From positions 1 through 9,131 of the forward strand of contig CAYXAY010000030.1 of assembly GCA_964463155.1 (NCBI GenBank): 9,131 nucleotides of DNA, given 5' to 3'. Position 1 is the stretch's first letter, and every line of letters starts with the position of its first letter. Positions 1 through 5,967 of the stretch are shown in pieces. Under the pieces are notes generated by a model, which was given only the letters and a program-made list of their open reading frames with translations, had not been told where the DNA came from and did not search any database. This DNA comes from an uncultured archaeon. Lineage in GTDB: Archaea; Iainarchaeota; Iainarchaeia; Iainarchaeales; CSSED10-239. The translations under genes were made by a program, and so were the position numbers.

Positions 1-203
1 TGAAATGATTTTTTTGCATTTTTGTTTCTTTGCTAGCAAAACAAGTAAATAGGCAAAATTATTCATTTGTTTTTTTGTTGACTGCGATTATTAAATTTTA
101 TGCTATGCGCCAAACATGTGGTTTTTTTCATGTGTTTTTTGTATGTAAACACAAAATTTTCACAAATCGACTAATAAAAACCTTTATATATATGTTGTTT
201 CAT

Positions 204-217
204 ATTAATATATAATA
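204..217 (+). promoter_or_regulatory. Candidate archaeal TATA-box promoter element upstream of the micro-ORF at 264
   Basis: 'attaatatataata' lies about 50 nt upstream of the ATG at 264. This would place a transcription start roughly 25 nt downstream, just before the GAGGTG Shine-Dalgarno (251-256). A second TATA-like run, 'tttatatatat', sits at 183-193. In DNA this AT-rich, TATA-like strings occur by chance, so support is weak. Confidence 0.2.
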
Positions 218-263
218 TTTTTTCCAAAAGGGGAAAGAAAAGTTGAAAAAGAGGTGAAATGAA

Positions 264-323
264 ATGGCAGTAAAGAAGAAAAAAGCAGCACCAAAAAAGG
301 CTTCAGTAAAGAAGAAAAAATAA
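264..323 (+). CDS. 19-aa lysine-rich micro-ORF (MAVKKKKAAPKKASVKKKK), function unknown
   Basis: ATG at 264, TAA at 321-323. A near-consensus Shine-Dalgarno GAGGTG (251-256) sits 7 nt upstream of the ATG. An in-frame TGA at 255-257 fixes the N-terminus. Oligo-T tracts follow at 344-350 and 379-386. 10 of 19 codons are Lys. It is too short for the supplied ORF track, and coding status is unproven. Confidence 0.35.
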   Translation: MAVKKKKAAPKKASVKKKK

Positions 324-343
324 ATCGTAAACTAACAGATTTA

Positions 344-350
344 TTTTTTT
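344..350 (+). terminator. Oligo-T tract (T7), candidate archaeal-type terminator after the micro-ORF
   Basis: 'ttattttttt' lies 20 nt after the TAA at 321-323, and a further T8 run lies at 379-386. Archaeal RNA polymerase terminates at oligo-T tracts (established knowledge). T-runs are common by chance in this composition. Confidence 0.3.
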
Positions 351-533
351 GATTAACTTTTATTTTCTTATTCTTTTATTTTTTTTGTTCATCGGCTCTA
401 TCAGACCAGTTTTCTATAAAACTAAAAAAATGTGATTTTAAACCTTTCTTTTCATAGATATATAACAATTAGTATATTTCAATAGACAAAATACAGAAAT
501 CTATTAATTGAATGCAATAAATTGTGATAAAAA

Positions 534-677
534 ATGAAATATGAAACCAAGATGTGCTCTTGTTGTAAGAACATTACAAGGCACAGAATAGACGAGGAGA
601 GTGGAGAGGAAGTTTGTCTAAAATGTAACAACGAGCCTCCAAAAGTAAAAGATTATAGATACAAGGGATTCAGGTAA
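534..677 (+). CDS. 47-aa Cys4 zinc-ribbon-like small protein (MKYETKMCSCCKNITRHRIDEESGEEVCLKCNNEPPKVKDYRYKGFR)
   Basis: ATG 534-536, TAA 675-677. Two CxxC knuckles (C8-x2-C11 and C28-x2-C31) are separated by 16 residues, the classic zinc-ribbon/rubredoxin-knuckle layout. The tail is basic. A short inverted repeat GATTCA/TGAATC (667-672 / 682-687) brackets the stop codon, and T7 runs follow at 698-704 and 723-729. The ORF is absent from the supplied track because it is under 60 aa. Confidence 0.5.
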   Translation: MKYETKMCSCCKNITRHRIDEESGEEVCLKCNNEPPKVKDYRYKGFR

Positions 678-697
678 TTCTTGAATCTCTTCGCTTA

Positions 698-704
698 TTT
701 TTTT
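698..704 (+). terminator. Oligo-T tract (T7), candidate terminator after the zinc-ribbon ORF
   Basis: A T7 run lies 21 nt after the TAA at 675-677, preceded by a 6-bp stem (667-672 / 682-687). A second T7 lies at 723-729. Confidence 0.3.
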
Positions 705-804
705 AAGAACCACCATTACGAATTTTTTTGTATTTTAGCTTTAAAAGCAAGTTTTTTAATACAAACGATTTTATATTTATTTAAAATAAACCAAGGTAAT
801 ACAA

Positions 805-1137
805 ATGACAGTAACACTCTGTAACAGACATAATTTCGATGAAGAAGTGACGGAGTCAGATGTACCTGTGGTTATTTATTTTTGGGCTACTCTTTCTGGA
901 CCATCAAGGACACTAAACTTAGCCTTTGAGGAACTTAGCGGAGAATACCAAAACAAAGTCAAGTTTCTAAAAATAAATAGCGAAGAAAACAAACCAATCT
1001 CAACAATGTTTAGAATCGACCAAGTTCCTTGTGTTATTGTCATGAAATATGGCAGAGAACTTGGTAGAGCTGTTGGTTTCGAACCAAAGCTAATCTTAAA
1101 ACAAAAAATAGACCAGATTCTTTCAAGACTCATGTGA
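805..1137 (+). CDS. Thioredoxin-fold protein lacking the CxxC redox motif (SGPS instead of CGPC)
   Basis: The 110-aa ORF is collinear with classical thioredoxin: 'VVIYFWA' before the active-site position, 'QVPC' at the cis-Pro position, and a beta-strand plus C-terminal helix pattern ('VIVMKYGRELGRAVGFEPKLILKQKIDQIL'). The active-site position reads W27-A-T-L-S31-G-P-S34-R (TCT GGA CCA TCA at 895-906). An AAGGT Shine-Dalgarno-like element lies 8 nt upstream of the ATG. Confidence 0.85.
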   Translation: MTVTLCNRHNFDEEVTESDVPVVIYFWATLSGPSRTLNLAFEELSGEYQNKVKFLKINSEENKPISTMFRIDQVPCVIVMKYGRELGRAVGFEPKLILKQKIDQILSRLM

Positions 1138-1418
1138 GCAAACTCTTTTTATATATAATTATACACATATTATATATGCAATTATCAAAAAGGCGACCTC
1201 TTGACTGGTTTACTGAGATTTTTACTGTAGGTTATATAAGATCACATATATTTTCAACATTATTCATATATTCTATATTGCTAATTGCGATACTTGGATT
1301 TATCAAGCAATTTTCTAAATTTACAATATTAACGCTTGTAATTTTTATTTTAAAGTTATTATTTGCATTTGTAGTAATCTATTTAATCAAATTATTTTTT
1401 GAAAAATACAAACTCTAA
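1134..1418 (+). CDS. Small hydrophobic membrane protein (about 2 TM helices), unknown family
   Basis: The GTG start at 1134 overlaps the thioredoxin stop (ATGTGA, 4-nt GTGA overlap). An alternative ATG at 1176 gives an 80-aa product. Two long hydrophobic stretches ('IFSTLFIYSILLIAILGFI' and 'ILTLVIFILKLLFAFVVIYLIKLFF') are present, and there are no cysteines. I recognise no family. Coding is supported only by operon position and hydrophobic periodicity. Confidence 0.45.
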   Translation: MSKLFLYIIIHILYMQLSKRRPLDWFTEIFTVGYIRSHIFSTLFIYSILLIAILGFIKQFSKFTILTLVIFILKLLFAFVVIYLIKLFFEKYKL

Positions 1419-1430
1419 AAAAAGATAATT

Positions 1431-2456
1431 ATGACTCTAACAACAGAAGAAAGACTTAAATTAATTAAAAGAAATACTGCTGAAATTCTAACCGAAGAAG
1501 AATTACTTAATATTCTTAAAACAAAACAAAATCCCAGTATATATATGGGTACAGCAACAACAGGAAAACCACACATTGGTTATATCGCGTGGGTTCAAAA
1601 ACTGGCGGATTTTTCTAAAGCAGGATTTAAGGTTAAAGTACTTATCGCAGATATTCATGGCGCATTAGATAATACACCTTGGGAACTTTTAGAAAAAAGA
1701 TATGAATATTATAATATGGTAATTCCGGCAATGGTGGAATCAGTGGGTGGTATAAAAGGCAATGTTGAAGTTATAAAGGGTTCTAGTTATCAACTAAATA
1801 AAGATTATGTAATGGATTTATACAAAATGTCCAGTTATGTTTCTGTTAGAAATTCAACAAAAGCAGCAAGTGATGTTGTAAAGACGGGAGATAATCCGAT
1901 GCTTTCTGGATTGATATATCCGTTGATGCAAGCTCTTGACGAGGAATATCTACCAGTGGATGTACAGTTAGGTGGAGTAGACCAAAGAAAGATAATGGTT
2001 CTTGCAAGAGAGTTTTTACCAAAATTAGGATATAATCCAAGAGTAGAAGTTATGATTCCTTTAGTGAAAGGATTAACACAAGATGGCAAGATGTCCTCCT
2101 CTGTTCAAAATTCAAAGATTGATTTACTTGATGACTTAAAGATAATACAAGATAAGCTAAAATTCGCTTATTGTCCAGAAGGAGACCCCGATAATGGAGT
2201 AATGGACTTTGCAAAAGTTGTAATTATGACTCAAAAGCAAGATAAAGGTGAAGAATTTATAATTGATATATCTGAAAAATGGGGGGGACCATTAAAGTTT
2301 AAAACTGCAGAAGATTTAGAAAAAGCATTTGTCTCAAAGCAACTTCATCCAATGGATTTAAAGGCAGGAGTTGCAATTGAAATTGATAGATTGCTTTCTC
2401 CAATAAGAGAGAAGATGAAAGGAAAAGAAAATTTAATTAAAGAAGCTTATCCATAA
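1431..2456 (+). CDS. tyrS: Tyrosine--tRNA ligase, archaeal type
   Basis: 341 aa. Class I HIGH-type motif in 'GKPHIGYIAW', KMSKS-type motif as 'KMSSS' (the archaeal TyrRS variant), and 'LIADIHGALDN', 'YPLMQALDEEY' and 'QLGGVDQRKI' blocks typical of TyrRS/TrpRS class Ic. It lacks the bacterial C-terminal S4-like domain. Confidence 0.95.
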   Translation: MTLTTEERLKLIKRNTAEILTEEELLNILKTKQNPSIYMGTATTGKPHIGYIAWVQKLADFSKAGFKVKVLIADIHGALDNTPWELLEKRYEYYNMVIPAMVESVGGIKGNVEVIKGSSYQLNKDYVMDLYKMSSYVSVRNSTKAASDVVKTGDNPMLSGLIYPLMQALDEEYLPVDVQLGGVDQRKIMVLAREFLPKLGYNPRVEVMIPLVKGLTQDGKMSSSVQNSKIDLLDDLKIIQDKLKFAYCPEGDPDNGVMDFAKVVIMTQKQDKGEEFIIDISEKWGGPLKFKTAEDLEKAFVSKQLHPMDLKAGVAIEIDRLLSPIREKMKGKENLIKEAYP

Positions 2457-2469
2457 ATAAAAGATAAAC

Positions 2470-4176
2470 ATGTCAAACAATGATACAATAAGACAGCTAG
2501 TTTTAGAGAATGCCGTAAAGTATAAGGGAAAAGCAGACAAAATGTTTGTTTTTGGCGCCATATTAGCCACCTTTCCAGAATATAGAACCAAGCAACAAGT
2601 TTTGCACGAAATCTTGGACAAACAGATTGCAGATATCAATGCTCTTGATATTGATACTCAAAAACAAATGCTTGAAAAGTTAGACCCTGACTTCTTTGAG
2701 AAAAAGGGAAAAGAAGAAAGAAATATTTTTGCTTTCCTAAACATCAAACAAGGAGATAAAGTAATAAGTGCTTTTCCTCCAAGCCCAGAGAAGTATTATC
2801 ACATAGGTCATGCCAAAGCAATTCTTCTTAACTATCTTTTAGCCCAGAAATATAACGGAAAATTTTACATAAGATTTGAAGACACAAATCCAGAGAACGT
2901 TCTTCCAGAGTTTTATAAGATAATGCTTGAAGACATTTCTTGGCTTGGTGTTAAGTGGGATCAAGTACAATATGCTTCTGATTATTTAGATTTGTTTATT
3001 TCTTGTGCAGAAAAATTAATAAAAGAAGACAAAGCCTATATGTGTTTTTGCTTACCAGAAGTCACAAGTGAAAAAAGAAACAAAAAAGAAGATTGTACTT
3101 GTAGAAACCACTCTGTTGAAGAAAACTTAAAGTTCTGGAAGGCGCTTCCAAGTTATCCTGAAGGAAAAGCAGTTCTAAGATTAAAGATAGACATGGCTCA
3201 CAAGAACACAAGAATGAGGGATCCAACTATCTTTAGAAGGATTGATGCTCTTCATCCAAGAATAAGAAGCAAATATAATATTTATCCAATGTACGATTTC
3301 CAAAATCCAATAATGGATGGTTATTTTAATATTACACACAGGCTTAGAACAGTAGAATTTGAGATGGCAAGTGCGCTTCATCATTATATTAGAAACATCT
3401 TAGGTCTTTATGACACTTATACCTATGAGTTTTCAAGACTTAACTTTGAGGACACAGAGACAAGTGGACGAAAAATAAGAGAAGCAGTAGAGTATGGAGA
3501 ATTGATTGGTTGGGACGATCCAAGTCTTGCAACTTTAAGGGCACTAAAGAGAAGAGGTTTTACTCCAGAAGCAATCAAGCAAGTTGTTGTTGAAAGTGGT
3601 ATCACAAAGGCAGCAGGAACCGCATTAACCTGGGACACTTTAATAAAATACAATAAAAGAATATTAAATGATACATCCAAAAGATTTTTCTTTATTAAAA
3701 ATCCAGTAGAAGTAAAGATTGATGGGGATAAAGAAAGAACATTTAGTTTAGAAATGCATCCAAGTCTTGATATTGGAAAAAGAGAATTCAAGTCTTCTGG
3801 TGTTTATTTTCTAGAAAAAGAAGACATTGAGTCTTTTAAGGATGTAACTTTAATAAGATTAATGGATAATATTAATTTTATCTATGATACTAAAACAAAA
3901 ATAGGAAAATTCCATTCAGAAGACTATTTGTCTTTTAAAAATCATGCAGGAAAAAAGAAAATAATACATTATCTTCCAACAAATGAAAGACAAATCCATA
4001 ATGTTACAATTTTTACTCCCGAACATAAAACATTGAAAGGCCCCGCAGAAAAGAATATTGATACATTAGAGATTGGAGAGATTATCCAATTTGAGCGGTT
4101 TGGTTTCTGTAGATTAGATTCCATAACTAAAGATGAAAACGGGAACAAAATTTATAATTTTTGGTTTACACACTAA
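2470..4176 (+). CDS. gltX: Glutamate--tRNA ligase, archaeal/eukaryal GlxRS type
   Basis: 568 aa. An N-terminal helical domain of about 100 aa is followed by 'PSPEKYYHIGHAKAILLNYLLA...YIRFEDTNPE' (HIGH plus the class Ib core) and a 'CFC...CTC' Cys cluster in the insertion. A beta-barrel anticodon-binding C-terminus ends 'FERFGFCRLD'. The HIGH motif near residue 110 is typical of archaeal GluRS rather than the bacterial form. Confidence 0.95.
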   Translation: MSNNDTIRQLVLENAVKYKGKADKMFVFGAILATFPEYRTKQQVLHEILDKQIADINALDIDTQKQMLEKLDPDFFEKKGKEERNIFAFLNIKQGDKVISAFPPSPEKYYHIGHAKAILLNYLLAQKYNGKFYIRFEDTNPENVLPEFYKIMLEDISWLGVKWDQVQYASDYLDLFISCAEKLIKEDKAYMCFCLPEVTSEKRNKKEDCTCRNHSVEENLKFWKALPSYPEGKAVLRLKIDMAHKNTRMRDPTIFRRIDALHPRIRSKYNIYPMYDFQNPIMDGYFNITHRLRTVEFEMASALHHYIRNILGLYDTYTYEFSRLNFEDTETSGRKIREAVEYGELIGWDDPSLATLRALKRRGFTPEAIKQVVVESGITKAAGTALTWDTLIKYNKRILNDTSKRFFFIKNPVEVKIDGDKERTFSLEMHPSLDIGKREFKSSGVYFLEKEDIESFKDVTLIRLMDNINFIYDTKTKIGKFHSEDYLSFKNHAGKKKIIHYLPTNERQIHNVTIFTPEHKTLKGPAEKNIDTLEIGEIIQFERFGFCRLDSITKDENGNKIYNFWFTH

Positions 4177-4193
4177 AAGGGAGAGAAAAAAAG

Positions 4194-4757
4194 ATGTTAC
4201 AAAAAATAAATGATGAAGTATATAAGATTGCATGTGATTCTAATGTGTATTACATAAAGCCATTAGGTTTAGTCATAGACACAGGCAATTACCAGGAAAG
4301 AACAATGGTTGAAAGAGAACTTACAAGTGTTGTTGATCCTGCAACAATAAAGATAGTAATTTTTACTCATCTTCATTATGACCACATCGGAAATTTTAAT
4401 ATGTTTCCAAAAGCAAAATTTTATGCACATAAAGACGAGATTGCTTTTTTTGAGAAAAACAAGGAAGGAGCAATTCTAAATCCAGTTATTGTTAAGAAAT
4501 TTACTCCAAAGTTAATGAATATAGCAAGGCTAAAGCTTCCAAAAAGATATCAAGTAATCCACACTCCAGGTCACACCTGTGGTTCAATATGTATCCTTGA
4601 TTCTTTAAAGAAAATCCTTTATTCAGGAGACACTCTTTTCTGTGATGGTCATGGAAGAGCGGACCTTCCAAGTTCTGAAGCAAAGAAAATGGAGAAAAGC
4701 CTAGACCTTATTGCTGACCTTGACTTTGAAATTCTTTGCCCAGGTCATGATTATTAA
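4194..4757 (+). CDS. Metallo-beta-lactamase-fold hydrolase (small, GloB/YcbL-like)
   Basis: HxHxDH motif 'THLHYDHIGN', then 'HTPGHTCGS', 'SGDTLF' and C-terminal 'CPGHDY', the full set of MBL metal ligands. The ATG at 4194 is preferred over the TTG at 4161 in the track: it has an AAGGGAGAG Shine-Dalgarno 10 nt upstream and avoids a 16-nt overlap with gltX. Confidence 0.85.
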   Translation: MLQKINDEVYKIACDSNVYYIKPLGLVIDTGNYQERTMVERELTSVVDPATIKIVIFTHLHYDHIGNFNMFPKAKFYAHKDEIAFFEKNKEGAILNPVIVKKFTPKLMNIARLKLPKRYQVIHTPGHTCGSICILDSLKKILYSGDTLFCDGHGRADLPSSEAKKMEKSLDLIADLDFEILCPGHDY

Positions 4758-4759
4758 GA

Positions 4760-5394
4760 TTATTTAACAATAATCTTAAACTTCTTTAGTTCTTTTTTTA
4801 AATTACCATAGTTTCTATCAAAATGTATGGTGTTGATTCCACGGCCGCTAGCAGGACAGATATTATCATATAGATTATTTCCGACCATGATAATCTCTTC
4901 AGCTTTAGAAACTTCGCATTTTCTTTGCATTTCTAAAAAAAGAACAGGGTCTGGTTTAATTGTTCCCATTTCATAAGAAAAGAGTGGATAATCAATATAA
5001 TACAGAAGCTTGGTGTCTTGTTCTAATATCTTTCTAATAAAGATAGAGCAATTTGAAATCAGTCCGGTCTTTATTCCTTTCTTTCTAAGCTCAGTAAGCA
5101 AATGAATAACAAAATCATAAAGAACAATGTGTGTTTCTGCATTTCCTCTAATTGCAATTGCTTTCACAACATTAACTTTATTTGGTTAATCTTTAATACC
5201 CTTTATAATTCAATATATGCGGCAGATTAGTTTTCCCACATCTTAGTATGTACAACGTTTTCAAATATCTTTACAACTTCCTTATGTGGCTTATTGATAT
5301 TAAAGGCCTTTTCAATTTTCCTTATTGCGCGATGATAGTAGTTTTTTCTTTCAGCAAGAGTATGCCACAAATCAAAGATAATTAGTTTAATCAT
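4760..5394 (-). pseudogene. HAD-superfamily (subfamily IA-like) hydrolase, disrupted in the cap region
   Basis: The N-terminal piece 5394..5227 (55 aa, 'MIKLIIFDLWHTLAERKNYYHRAIRKIEKAFNINKPHKEVVKIFENVVHTKMWEN*') carries HAD motif I. The C-terminal piece (open frame 5185..4760; track ORF from GTG 5167) carries motif II ('GLISNCS'), motif III ('GTIKPDP') and motif IV ('MVGNNLYDNI'). The pieces are in different frames, and all three frames contain stops within 5186-5229. Combined length (about 195 aa) fits a single HAD-IA protein. Confidence 0.6.
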
Positions 5395-5456
5395 ATTAAT
5401 TTACTATAATATGTAATAAGATAATATTTATAAACAATTCTAAGATATATTTTAAT

Positions 5457-5963
5457 ATGTCAAAGGACACAAAATTTCAAAAATTGCTTCTAACATCAGA
5501 AGATGATTTTAAAAAAAATGAAAAAATACTTGCTGCTGTTGGAAAGATTTTTGAAGAGGCAGAATTAACGACTGCTAAAAAATTAAAAGACCTTTTAAAA
5601 ACATATCTTGACCATAATCCAAAAATCTTTATGCTTTTTGAAAAAGAAAAACTAGTAAGTGTTGCCAGGGGGGAGATGAAAAGAAATTTAGCGATACATT
5701 TCATTTAGTGGAATTTGCAACAAAGCCAGAATTTCAAAAAAAGATTATGGCAAAAGGTTAATTGCAAAAACCGTAAATTCTGTTCTTTTAAAGAGAGGAT
5801 ATAAACACATAAACAGGTATAAAGAAAAGGCACACAAGTAATTACAAGAAAGATTTTTGAAAAAAGCAAAAGATATGATTTTTATGAACGCGCTTCTGAA
5901 AGCAAAAAAGTTAAGCAAAACATTATAACAAATAAAGATTATAAAAAACCAAAAGCAAAGTGA
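5457..5963 (+). pseudogene. GNAT-family N-acetyltransferase-like gene disrupted by frameshifts
   Basis: Frame 1 (5457-5708) reads 'MSKDTKFQKLLLTSEDDF...KIFMLFEKEKLVSVARG...' then stops. A second frame continues from the G6 run (5668-5673) as 'GDEKKFSDTFHLVEFATKPEFQKK'. A third continues from the A7 run (5736-5742) as 'DYGKRLIAKTVNSVLLKRGYKHI...', stopping at 5839-5841. A possible C-terminal piece '...RKIFEKSKRYDFYER...' runs to the TGA at 5961-5963. Joined, 'HLVEFATKPEFQKKDYGKRLI' resembles GNAT motif A (beta4-alpha3, Q/RxxGxG/A-like). The total of about 168 codons is GNAT-sized. Confidence 0.5.
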
Positions 5964-5967
5964 GATT

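Noticed and set aside
1-21. Minus-strand ATG at 19..17 (MQKNHF...) that could start a gene running off the left edge
   Set aside because: Only 6 codons are visible, which is not enough to support a feature.
131-153. 7-bp inverted repeat TGTGTTT/AAACACA with a 9-nt loop, next to duplicated CATGTG+T-run motifs (115-140)
   Set aside because: The stem is AT-rich and weak, with no associated gene end inside the window. It could be a terminator for an upstream gene, but chance is as good an explanation.
30-215. 61-aa plus-strand ORF (TTG start) in the leftmost intergenic region
   Set aside because: It has a low-complexity F/I/K-rich translation typical of random ORFs in AT-rich DNA. There is no Shine-Dalgarno, it uses a TTG start, there is no family resemblance, and it overlaps the likely promoter region of the micro-ORF.
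4161-4193. TTG start at 4161 for the MBL hydrolase, as in the ORF track
   Set aside because: It would overlap gltX by 16 nt and add a non-conserved 'MVYTLKGREKK' extension. The ATG at 4194 has a GGGAG Shine-Dalgarno at proper spacing.
876-4683. Minus-strand ORFs inside trx, tyrS, gltX and the MBL gene (876-1133, 1835-2089, 1846-2040, 2433-2639, 3181-3384, 3423-3791, 4501-4683)
   Set aside because: All lie antisense to confidently identified genes with strong motif support. Their translations are low-complexity with no recognisable motifs. Such shadow ORFs are typical of AT-rich coding DNA.
5668-5742. Programmed ribosomal frameshifting as an explanation for the GNAT frame changes
   Set aside because: Two or three shifts in different directions, plus an extra stop, in a small metabolic gene has no precedent known to me. 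Decay or assembly error is far more parsimonious.
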